Of a stretch of 13,810 nucleotides of DNA, positions 1 through 7,184 are shown piece by piece. The stretch lies in contig JBLFWS010000087.1 in NCBI GenBank assembly GCA_047611865.1, forward strand, positions 1 to 13,810, in the 5' to 3' direction. Under the pieces are notes generated by a model. The model was not told where the DNA came from. It searched no databases and was given only the letters and a program-made list of their open reading frames with translations. The position numbers were made by a program, and so were the translations under genes. Each line of letters starts with the position of its first letter. Position 1 is the first letter of the stretch. Origin of the DNA: Chlamydiales bacterium (GTDB lineage Bacteria > Chlamydiota > Chlamydiia > Chlamydiales > JBDQID01).

Positions 1-204
1 CTTTAATTTAGCCTTAATAAATATGTAGTACAATTAGGGGCATAAACAGAAGGAGATATCCCCCCAGACCCCATATCTCCAAATTCATTCAGCGGTGGTT
101 TTTACCGGATAAGGACTTAAAAGTTAGTAACTGTCTCCCCCCCCCAAAAACGGTTACTTTCCTCCCCCAAAAGAGTCCCGCCAAGAACCTGCCGCTTCTT
201 TTTT
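1..204. repeat. Direct repeat, copy 1 (may extend left of the window)
   Basis: Aligns with 324-524 with 8 substitutions and one 3-nt indel by manual alignment. Confidence 0.97.
41..204 (+). ncRNA. Candidate structured small RNA, copy 1
   Basis: TACAAT at 29-34, hairpin 52-80 with a C-rich loop, long imperfect hairpin 91-196, T-run 197-204. The 5' end is estimated. Confidence 0.4.
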
Positions 205-323
205 GCCTATATGAGATCACCAAGAAAAATGGAACAAGGAAATGCTCGAGGACATCTATCTCGAAATCCATCGAGCTAAAAAATGCTGGCCTGTATCAGA
301 AGATTTACAATCGATTAATATGT

Positions 324-524
324 CTTTAATTTAGCCTTAATAAATATGTAGTACAATTAGGGACATAAACAGAAGGAGATATCCCCCCAGACCCCATATC
401 TCCTAATTCATTTAGCGGTGGTTTTTACCGGATAAGGACTTAAAAGTTAGTAACTGTCTCCCCCCCCCAACAGTTACTTTCCTCCCCCAAAAGAGTCCTA
501 TCAAGAACCTACCGCTTCTTTTTT
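324..524. repeat. Direct repeat, copy 2; includes the last 24 nt of the PfkB kinase gene
   Basis: Starts CTTTAATTTAGCCTTAATAAATATG exactly as position 1 (offset 323); similarity ends at CCGCTTCTTTTTT. Confidence 0.97.
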
Positions 525-526
525 TT
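364..526 (+). ncRNA. Candidate structured small RNA, copy 2
   Basis: TACAAT at 352-357. AGGAGATAT(374-382) pairs with ATATCTCCT(396-404) around loop CCCCCCAGACCCC. Nested stems: 414-426/503-516, 431-440/494-502, and 449-457/470-478 with a C9 loop. T-run 517-526. Confidence 0.45.
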
Positions 527-1529
527 CCCTAATGTTTTTTTTTACTACAGGTGACACCGAAGCAGCAATTTGATCCCTAAGCTTTATCCAATCAGACGCG
601 GGTACTTCAGCTCCCAGATGCTGCACAGCTTCAGCGCCCAACAAAGCCCCGTTTCGGGCACACAGCTCCAACGACTCGCCATCAAGATACCCATGTAAGA
701 ACCCTCCCGCAAAGAGATCTCCAGCTCCTGTTGTATCCAGTGCCTCTTTAGGAAAAGCTGGAAAATGCTTCACTTCTCCTTCCTTAGCGACATAACAGCC
801 TTCTTTCCCTATGCTCACAACAGCAACTTCGCATAAACTTGATAGGTATATACAAGTAGTTTTTTCGTCTTTACCCGTTAGAGCCTCTGCTTCCAACTCA
901 TTCGTGAAGACAATATCTACATATTTTTCCAAAATTTCAGTGATCAGGTCTTTAAATTGATGAACAATCTCAAAACTTGCCAGATCAAGTGAAATCTTTA
1001 CCCCTGCCTCTTTAGCAAGCTCCATGGCCCTGATTGGTAGAGGTGAGTTATACAAGGTGTAGCCCTCAATGTGCAATAAGCTTGCGTATTCAAAGTATTC
1101 AGCTTTCAGATACTCCGGTTTCATCTCCACGCAAGCGCCAAGATTACTACGCATCGTTCTTTCTCCATCAGGAGTCACCATACAAACAACTTTTGCTGTC
1201 GGAGAGCTTTGACTTGAAGACAATAGTGGAACAATATTTTGCTGTTTTAAAGAAGAAGAAAAGTACACGGCTTCCTCATCCTCTCCAGTCATCCCAATCA
1301 TTGCACATTTCCGCCCCAAATTAGCCAAGGCTTTGATCGTGTTCGTTGAACTACCCCCAGGGGCTCTCAATGGTTCCGAAACAGCGGTTTCAAGTATCTT
1401 TTTTATCGCCACCGTATCTACTGGCTCCTGCCCACCTTTTATTCCTCCTACACCCTGTAGAAAATCTTCAGAAACCTGCAAGACCAAATCCACCACCGGA
1501 GCACCCAAACCAATTACATCATAACCCAT
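501..1529 (-). CDS. PfkB/ribokinase-family kinase (adenosine/sugar kinase-like)
   Basis: N-terminal GLGAPVVD, PGGSSTNT, DGERTM, NELEA, and the PfkB signature DTTGAGDLFAGGFL. Confidence 0.93.
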   Translation of the reverse strand: MGYDVIGLGAPVVDLVLQVSEDFLQGVGGIKGGQEPVDTVAIKKILETAVSEPLRAPGGSSTNTIKALANLGRKCAMIGMTGEDEEAVYFSSSLKQQNIVPLLSSSQSSPTAKVVCMVTPDGERTMRSNLGACVEMKPEYLKAEYFEYASLLHIEGYTLYNSPLPIRAMELAKEAGVKISLDLASFEIVHQFKDLITEILEKYVDIVFTNELEAEALTGKDEKTTCIYLSSLCEVAVVSIGKEGCYVAKEGEVKHFPAFPKEALDTTGAGDLFAGGFLHGYLDGESLELCARNGALLGAEAVQHLGAEVPASDWIKLRDQIAASVSPVVKKNIREKKEAVGS

Positions 1530-1559
1530 AGCATCCCCATAAATTTAAAATTTATCTAA

Positions 1560-1672
1560 TGAACCATTAAGGAATAAATTAGTCCTTTTTGGGTGTTTCA
1601 GTAGCTTAGATGCAAGGCGCAAATGAGGTGCTGAAACGCTCCAAAAAGACCAAGTTATTTCTTAACGGTTCC
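1560..1672. mobile_element. MITE-like palindromic element (~113 bp) flanked by TAA on both sides
   Basis: Left arm GAACCATTAAGGAATAAATTAGTCCTTTTTGGGTGTTTCAGTA matches the reverse complement of the right arm GAACCGTTAAGAAATAACTTGGTCTTTTTGGAGCGTTTCAGCA. TAA at 1557-1559 and 1673-1675. Confidence 0.7.
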
Positions 1673-1682
1673 TAAAGCGAAA

Positions 1683-1711
1683 ACCATAGTTTTTTTAGAA
1701 ATTTTGGGCAA
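1683..1711 (-). promoter_or_regulatory. Putative sigma70/sigma66 promoter for the PfkB gene
   Basis: Minus strand TTGCCC-N17-TATGGT. Confidence 0.35.
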
Positions 1712-1763
1712 CAGGCTATAGCAACTTTCTGTCAAATATGACACGGGATTACTATATATCTTA

Positions 1764-2372
1764 TTAGGCTGAAGGAGACTTTCTTTTTACGACAAGAATT
1801 TTCTTGATATGATCACGATTTGCGTAAAGATATTCGATACCAGTAGCTGCTGAATACACACAGGTAATCCCAACAATAATTTTACTTGTTTCCTGTAGAG
1901 TTTCCAGTGAAAGATGTCCCAAAGAAAAGGGAATCATCAGAACAAGGATCGTAAAGATAGAAAGAGCCTGCATGATCGCCTTGATTTTTCCGCTTGGGCG
2001 TGCAGCCAAAGTATAACCTCTCAAAGCGCAAATCGTACGCAATGTACTAACCATCGAGTCTCGGTAGAGGAACACAAAGACGTACAACAGTGGCAGCTGT
2101 ATAACCCCTTCTGTAAAAGCTAGGAAAACGGCTATTCGCGAAATGCTGTCAGCCATCGGATCAAGTATTTTTCCTAGATCTGTAACTTGATTATACTTGC
2201 GAGCAAGATATCCATCCATTGCGTCAGACAACTCAGAAATACCTAAGAGGAAAATCAAAACATAAGGAAGATAGAAAAAGCTTATCCCCAAATCCTGATA
2301 CATCAGGTACACGATGAGAAAAATCGGGCTAATAAAGAGCCGGCTAATGGTAAAATAATTTGCTATGCCCAT
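1764..2372 (-). CDS. pgsA: CDP-diacylglycerol--glycerol-3-phosphate 3-phosphatidyltransferase
   Basis: ANYFTISRL start, CDP-alcohol phosphotransferase motif DAMDGYLARKYNQVTDLGKILDPMAD, GKIKA, several transmembrane segments. Confidence 0.92.
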   Translation of the reverse strand: MGIANYFTISRLFISPIFLIVYLMYQDLGISFFYLPYVLIFLLGISELSDAMDGYLARKYNQVTDLGKILDPMADSISRIAVFLAFTEGVIQLPLLYVFVFLYRDSMVSTLRTICALRGYTLAARPSGKIKAIMQALSIFTILVLMIPFSLGHLSLETLQETSKIIVGITCVYSAATGIEYLYANRDHIKKILVVKRKSPSA

Positions 2373-2419
2373 ACAATAATCTAGCTTTTGTTATCTTGTG
2401 AACGTGATTATTAAAGGAC

Positions 2420-2449
2420 ATTATAGATAAACTATCCTTTATTTTACAA
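2420..2449 (-). promoter_or_regulatory. Putative sigma70/sigma66 promoter for pgsA
   Basis: Minus strand TTGTAA-N18-TATAAT, ~50 nt upstream of the ATG. Confidence 0.55.
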
Positions 2450-2564
2450 GGGAAGATTCCCCCCCCCCATATGCCTCAAATAGCTAAAACCTATACTAAA
2501 ACGTATGATTTTTTGTAACACCCAAGGTTCTGTATATTAAAACCCGATGCACGCTCACAACATG

Positions 2565-3869
2565 CTAATCATTGAACTTAATATCTTTCCGTAGCCGAAA
2601 AATTCCCACAACGTTAATGAATAAAAGGAGAACTCCCGACAAAGACATCACTGTAAGGGCGCATGTCTTGTCAAAGAAAGAAAAGAATATCAAAGCTGAG
2701 ATGGCATAAATGTAATAATATCTCGTTCCTTTCTTTGGTGAGAGAAATTTAGCACATTTGAGGCCTACGCAAAAGAATGCGATCATACTTGAATATCCGA
2801 GCAAAAACAGGAAAAAGGGCATAAATAGGTCCATATGAGGAAAAAAGCTCTCTAAAGCAGCCTGGACAAGTAAACTCGAATCTATAGACTCCTGCCATAC
2901 TCCTGTTACCAATATCAAGAATAAGCTGAAAGTGCATACCACAAAAGTATCGAGAAAAATCCCAAAAATTGCCAATCCGGCCTGAGCTCCAGGGTCTGTT
3001 AAACGAGTTTCACTATGTATAATGGAAGCATAGCCTACGCCGATATCTCCCGAATAACAGCCTCTGGCAACCCCTTGTGACATCGCCAACATAACGGATG
3101 CACCTGCAAATCCACCAACAGCTGCGTGACCACTAAAAGCCGAGGTAAATACCACATTCAACATAGCTGGAATTTCAGCCAGGTTATTGAGAACTACCCA
3201 TAAACTCATGATTCCAAAAAGACCAACGAATACGGGAATTATAGCGCTACAAATATTCCCCACACGCTTAATACCCCCTTGAGCAGCGTAAATGACCAAA
3301 AAGAGCAAAACGGCCATAACGAAAAATCTATTAAGATTCCAGTTTAAGGAGATACTATCCGTCATTACACCAAACATATAAATCTCTGTTCCGTAGATAC
3401 AAAGCAAGATACAGACAATAGAAGGGATCCACTTGGTTTTATAAGCTTTCTGAAGAAAGTACATGGGACCTCCATCATACCCTCCTTCATCATTGTTCAC
3501 TCTATATAGGACCCCCAAGTACACTTCGCTATACTTTATGAGCATTCCAAGGAACCCCGCTACCCACACCCAAAAGATCGCTCCAGGACCGCCAATCTGC
3601 ACAGCTGTACATACACCAACCACGTTACCAATGCCTATTGCTCCACCAATGGAGGTAAAGAACACTTTTAAAGGATGCTCGCCACGAGAATCGGATTTTT
3701 CTGATTTTGCACAATTGAAAAACTTTGAAACAATTTGAGGGAATTTACGCAATTGAAAAAACCTTGACACGACTCCCAAGTACAATCCAAAGAAGACGAT
3801 AAAAACGACTCCCAATTCCCACAAGATTCCATCCAGGCTGTCAAGCCATGCAAAAATCAGATCTCCCAT
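2565..3869 (-). CDS. Sodium:alanine/glycine symporter family (AGCS, DagA/AlsT-like)
   Basis: IGIGNVVGV, GGPGAIFWVW, GGPMYFL, GGIKRVG and DTFVVCT motifs; polytopic membrane protein. Confidence 0.92.
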   Translation of the reverse strand: MGDLIFAWLDSLDGILWELGVVFIVFFGLYLGVVSRFFQLRKFPQIVSKFFNCAKSEKSDSRGEHPLKVFFTSIGGAIGIGNVVGVCTAVQIGGPGAIFWVWVAGFLGMLIKYSEVYLGVLYRVNNDEGGYDGGPMYFLQKAYKTKWIPSIVCILLCIYGTEIYMFGVMTDSISLNWNLNRFFVMAVLLFLVIYAAQGGIKRVGNICSAIIPVFVGLFGIMSLWVVLNNLAEIPAMLNVVFTSAFSGHAAVGGFAGASVMLAMSQGVARGCYSGDIGVGYASIIHSETRLTDPGAQAGLAIFGIFLDTFVVCTFSLFLILVTGVWQESIDSSLLVQAALESFFPHMDLFMPFFLFLLGYSSMIAFFCVGLKCAKFLSPKKGTRYYYIYAISALIFFSFFDKTCALTVMSLSGVLLLFINVVGIFRLRKDIKFND

Positions 3870-3896
3870 AACATGTATTCCTTACTATCTTTTTAT

Positions 3897-4364
3897 TTAA
3901 ATCAGAAGGTGCTTATTTTTTTCCAAAAAAGACTCACGCCAATAATAATTATCGAGTAGTCCAGTTACATCTCTACCCATTAGGAGATAGGCAATATACA
4001 AAGCTTCAACTGAAGCTAAACCCTTTGACGGTTCCGGACAGTCGTCCTGCCGTCTAGGGTAGGCCGTTCGAAAGTCGGAGGGTATGCTCCTCGCAACCAT
4101 ACTTGGAAAGGGTCCCATCATCTTTTGCATCGTCCCAGCAAGCTTCCATGTCGCATCGAGAACAAACAGCCCTCGTTCACAATCCTCTTCTGTCAAAGGA
4201 GGAGCATCTACGGCGAGAAGAATATAGCCTGGCATTTCTGCTAATGTATCTGTAGGATATTTCAAAAAAATGAAATCATCCCGTTCTTCCAAACCTATTA
4301 AGCTACACTTTTTTAAATTTTCTTTACGGTGGCGTAAGACTACAGTCTCTGGAAAACTTTGCAT
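3897..4364 (-). CDS. Tsr3/DTW (TDD superfamily) aminocarboxypropyltransferase-like protein
   Basis: KKCS, VLDATW, RSIP, LASVEALYIA and YYWRESFLEKN occur in the same order as Tsr3 motifs (KxCS, DCSW, RxLP, LSxxEA, FxWGxxFLxxN). Confidence 0.75.
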   Translation of the reverse strand: MQSFPETVVLRHRKENLKKCSLIGLEERDDFIFLKYPTDTLAEMPGYILLAVDAPPLTEEDCERGLFVLDATWKLAGTMQKMMGPFPSMVARSIPSDFRTAYPRRQDDCPEPSKGLASVEALYIAYLLMGRDVTGLLDNYYWRESFLEKNKHLLI

Positions 4365-4424
4365 TTTAAAAACAAGGGGTTTAAAAGGAATGGTTTACAA
4401 CGGCTACATATACAATTCCGATTT

Positions 4425-4453
4425 ACTATATAGGCCTCTTACCTTTAAAACAA
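4425..4453 (-). promoter_or_regulatory. Putative promoter for the Tsr3-like gene
   Basis: Minus strand TTGTTT-N17-TATAGT. Confidence 0.3.
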
Positions 4454-4506
4454 GGGAAACTCACCCCTTTACAAGGGGAACAAACCCCAATAAACTTAGG
4501 CTTTTC

Positions 4507-5529
4507 ATGAAAAACATTGTCTTTTCACTTGCCTGTCTTTTTCTCAGCTTGACCTCTTTTCAAGGCTTATGCAATGAAACGAATAACATTCATTGGGAGA
4601 CAGATTTCACTGCGGCAAAAAAAATTGCGGAAAAAGCAGAAAAACCCCTACTCCTATTTTTCACAGGGTCAGACTGGTGCCCCTATTGCATACAGTTCAA
4701 AGACCAAATTCTTGACCAGTCAGCCTTTACTGAAATAGTTTACGACAAGTTTGTTTTTGTAGAGTTAGACTTTCCCAAGTCTAAGAAACTGTCTCCTGAG
4801 ATGGAAAAACAGAATTATAAATTGAAAAAACAGTATAGCGTTCAAGGATACCCAACGATCATCATCCTTAGCCATACTCTCGATCTACTTGCCTCAAGAG
4901 GCATTATCCCAGTTCCACCAGAACAATATGCCTCTCACCTCCTCGACCTCTTACAAAATTACCAAAGCTTTAGTGAAGGTATCCAGGATCTCAATGCTGA
5001 TAAATTAGACAGTAATAAACTGGAGGAACTTTACAATAACGCAAAAGCTTTTCGCCGCAAGGATGATCAGGGAAAAATACTCACCGCGGGGCTAAAGGTA
5101 AATGACAACGTCTTCTTTTTATCCGAAAAGTACCGCTTTCTAGTTGATGAAGGCCTGCTTGAAGAAGAAGAGACCCAGAATATAAGACGGGAACTACTTG
5201 CAAAAGACCCTGAAAATAAACTCGGGAAACACCGATTTGTGGCTTTAGTAGACTTTCAGGAGCTTGCAGAGAAATTTGACCTAGGTGACGACCCATCTGC
5301 AGTTATTGCTCCCCTGGTAGAATACATTAAAGGATTCAAAGATCAGGACAAAGACAACATTTGGCGCATGCAGATGCACGTTGCTGAATACCTTTTTAAT
5401 GGCAACCAGATCTCACAGGCTTTACACTACGCCAACGAATCCTATGAATCGGCCCCCGAACCTCGTAAGGATACAATAAAACAGGCAATAGAGCACATGA
5501 CGGCACAGTTAGAACCTCGCAACTCCTAA
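4507..5529 (+). CDS. Exported thioredoxin-fold disulfide oxidoreductase (chlamydial DsbH/DsbJ-like) with a helical C-terminal domain, 340 aa
   Basis: Signal peptide from MKNIVFSLACLFL, active site FTGSDWCPYC, FVELDFP, cis-Pro GYPT. Start moved from 4270 to the in-frame ATG at 4507. Confidence 0.87.
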   Translation: MKNIVFSLACLFLSLTSFQGLCNETNNIHWETDFTAAKKIAEKAEKPLLLFFTGSDWCPYCIQFKDQILDQSAFTEIVYDKFVFVELDFPKSKKLSPEMEKQNYKLKKQYSVQGYPTIIILSHTLDLLASRGIIPVPPEQYASHLLDLLQNYQSFSEGIQDLNADKLDSNKLEELYNNAKAFRRKDDQGKILTAGLKVNDNVFFLSEKYRFLVDEGLLEEEETQNIRRELLAKDPENKLGKHRFVALVDFQELAEKFDLGDDPSAVIAPLVEYIKGFKDQDKDNIWRMQMHVAEYLFNGNQISQALHYANESYESAPEPRKDTIKQAIEHMTAQLEPRNS

Positions 5530-5547
5530 GACCTCTAAATACCTGGC

Positions 5548-5567
5548 CAAGGGGACTTGTCCCCTTG
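5548..5567. terminator. GC-rich hairpin between convergent genes
   Basis: CAAGGGGAC-TT-GTCCCCTTG, ~20 nt after the stop codon at 5529; no strong U tract. Confidence 0.45.
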
Positions 5568-5629
5568 AATCCCCTTTATACCAACCTCGTATCAAATTTG
5601 ATGTAAAACCCTGTTGCCGCAGATCTTTA

Positions 5630-5881
5630 TTACAAATCTTTTTCAAGTAAATACTTTTGTACAGTGTCTTTCCAAGCCCTTCTTCTCGACTCTGCAAAAG
5701 ACCCTTGCCTTTTCTTTTTTCTTTTTGACGACAGAAGCATAGCATACATCCCCATACCCATAAGAAAGTTGGAAATGATGATAGCGATTTGACTATAAGA
5801 ATTTCTAAATAAGAAGGAAAAACTAAGGGCTGCAACAGCAGCCACAATACATACAGCCCTAAAGAAGTTTTTCTTTGACAT
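5630..5881 (-). CDS. Small hypothetical membrane protein (two TM segments, basic C-terminus), 83 aa
   Basis: Shine-Dalgarno AGGAG overlaps the rnpA stop (TAGGAGTGAGGCATG); two hydrophobic stretches. Confidence 0.75.
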   Translation of the reverse strand: MSKKNFFRAVCIVAAVAALSFSFLFRNSYSQIAIIISNFLMGMGMYAMLLSSKRKKKRQGSFAESRRRAWKDTVQKYLLEKDL

Positions 5882-5890
5882 GCCTCACTC

Positions 5891-6223
5891 CTAATCGGTT
5901 AGAGTCATGATCTCCTGTATGATGTCAGCAGGACTTGCCATAGCAGCAAGAGTTCTGGGCCTGACATTAATTGCCATTCCCTCAGGAAGGTGATGGCGGA
6001 GGTAACGGAAGGCCTCGCGGACAACCCTTTTGAATCGATTGCGCTTATGGGCTTTACCAAAGCGTCGCGAGACCGTAATTCCAAGTTTCGCTTCTCCCGT
6101 TTTCCCTTTATATACGTTTAGGATAACGTAATTCCCGATCTGTTTTTTCCCAACTCTAATTATACGTTGGAATTCACTGCTTGTCAGGATGCGAGAGGAC
6201 TTGGGAAAGCTATAATTCTTTAT
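5891..6223 (-). CDS. rnpA: Ribonuclease P protein component, 110 aa, non-canonical start (probably ATA)
   Basis: Manual translation (I/M)[20 protein letters not shown]...[28 protein letters not shown]... carries the RNR motif and lies directly after rpmH. Not in the ORF track. Confidence 0.93.
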   Translation of the reverse strand: MKNYSFPKSSRILTSSEFQRIIRVGKKQIGNYVILNVYKGKTGEAKLGITVSRRFGKAHKRNRFKRVVREAFRYLRHHLPEGMAINVRPRTLAAMASPADIIQEIMTLTD

Positions 6224-6354
6224 GCTGATAATACCTTACGTCCTTTTCTACGACGGGCATTAATAATTTTTCTTCCAGCAACAGTACTCATTCTGGCACG
6301 AAAACCATGAGTTGTCTTTCTGCGGCGATTACTTGGTTGAAATGTCCTTTTCAC
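6220..6354 (-). CDS. rpmH: 50S ribosomal protein L34
   Basis: GTG start; [44 protein letters not shown], 44 aa. Confidence 0.97.
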   Translation of the reverse strand: MKRTFQPSNRRRKTTHGFRARMSTVAGRKIINARRRKGRKVLSA

Positions 6355-6398
6355 AATGCTACTCTCTCGTTACAATAATAAAGTTTTAACTGGCACGG

Positions 6399-6427
6399 AG
6401 CTTACACCATTCACAGATATTTGACAA
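6399..6427 (-). promoter_or_regulatory. Putative promoter of the rpmH-rnpA operon
   Basis: Minus strand TTGTCA-N17-TAAGCT. Confidence 0.5.
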
Positions 6428-6475
6428 GCACTATCAATCAACGCCCATCCTTCCCTTAGAAGGATGAAAAATACA

Positions 6476-6505
6476 TTGAAATAAAAACCCTTTTGAGGTA
6501 AAAAT
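6476..6505 (+). promoter_or_regulatory. Putative promoter of rpmJ-rpsN
   Basis: TTGAAA-N17-TAAAAA(T). Confidence 0.35.
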
Positions 6506-6569
6506 GGTAGCTCGTAAAAAGAAGTAATGGAAACATTTAAAAGTTAACAAACAATTTTAGGATTATGCT

Positions 6570-6707
6570 ATGAAAGTTCAGGCATCAATTAAAGCGGATC
6601 CTTCGAAAGGTGACAAGATCGTCCGACGCAAGGGACGCCTTTATGTCATTAACAAGAAAGACCCAAACCGCAAACAGCGCCAAAAAGGGCCTGCTCGCAA
6701 AAAGTAA
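6570..6707 (+). CDS. rpmJ: 50S ribosomal protein L36, zinc-free type
   Basis: [45 protein letters not shown], 45 aa, no Cys or His ligands. Confidence 0.96.
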   Translation: MKVQASIKADPSKGDKIVRRKGRLYVINKKDPNRKQRQKGPARKK

Positions 6708-6741
6708 CTAAATTTTTTTGAAAGAAGGATAAGACCGTTTT

Positions 6742-7047
6742 ATGGCTAAAAAATCATGTATCGCCAGACAAAAGCGCAGAGAAACTCTCGTACAACTAAA
6801 GTGGGACAAGCGCCAAGCACTGAAAAAGATTATCTCTAGCGTCAATGCTGACCACGAAGAAAAGAGTAATGCTGTAATCGCATTGAACAAAATGCCTCGT
6901 GACTCTTGCCCAGTTCGCTTGAGAAACCGTTGCCAACTGACAGGCCGGCCTCGCGGATTTTTGAAAAAGTTCAAACTCTCCCGTATTTCTTTCCGTGAAT
7001 TTTCGTCTCAGGGACTTATCCCAGGAATCACGAAAGCAAGCTGGTAA
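6742..7047 (+). CDS. rpsN: 30S ribosomal protein S14 (long 101-aa form)
   Basis: MAKKS...PRDSCPVRLRNRCQLTGRPRG...LSRISFRE...GLIPGITKASW. Confidence 0.98.
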   Translation: MAKKSCIARQKRRETLVQLKWDKRQALKKIISSVNADHEEKSNAVIALNKMPRDSCPVRLRNRCQLTGRPRGFLKKFKLSRISFREFSSQGLIPGITKASW

Positions 7048-7092
7048 TCCTTAAAAATTTGGGTTACCCTCTTCGCAGGATAGAATATACGA

Positions 7093-7162
7093 AAAGACGC
7101 CAAGACGCAGGGACACACAAGAATTTAATATCTTCTTGTTCTTTTTGCATCTTGGCGTCTTT
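7093..7162. repeat. Long inverted repeat between convergent genes (possible bidirectional terminator or REP-like element)
   Basis: AAAGACGCCAAGACGCA...ACAAGAA pairs with TTCTTGT...TGCATCTTGGCGTCTTT. Confidence 0.7.
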
Positions 7163-7184
7163 GTTTATTATATTTTGATTCAGA

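Noticed and set aside
89..271. 60-aa minus-strand ORF
   Set aside because: Crosses the repeat junction and homopolymer tracts and has no protein-like motif.
1..524. CRISPR array, SRP RNA or 6S RNA
   Set aside because: Only two long copies with no short repeat-spacer pattern and no cas genes; no SRP GGAA tetraloop motif; the rod is ~100 nt, much shorter than a typical 6S RNA.
1034..3853. Short ORFs overlapping the PfkB, pgsA and symporter genes (1034, 1333, 1346, 1914, 2749, 3463, 3668)
   Set aside because: Antisense or alternate-frame shadows of well-supported genes.
4270..4506. N-terminal extension of the thioredoxin ORF
   Set aside because: Overlaps the divergent Tsr3-like gene; the signal peptide begins at ATG 4507.
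5081..5847. ORFs 5081-5296 and 5509-5847
   Set aside because: Shadows of the thioredoxin gene and of the 83-aa ORF that has the Shine-Dalgarno.
5630..5881. yidD call
   Set aside because: Lacks the conserved CRFxPTCS motif.
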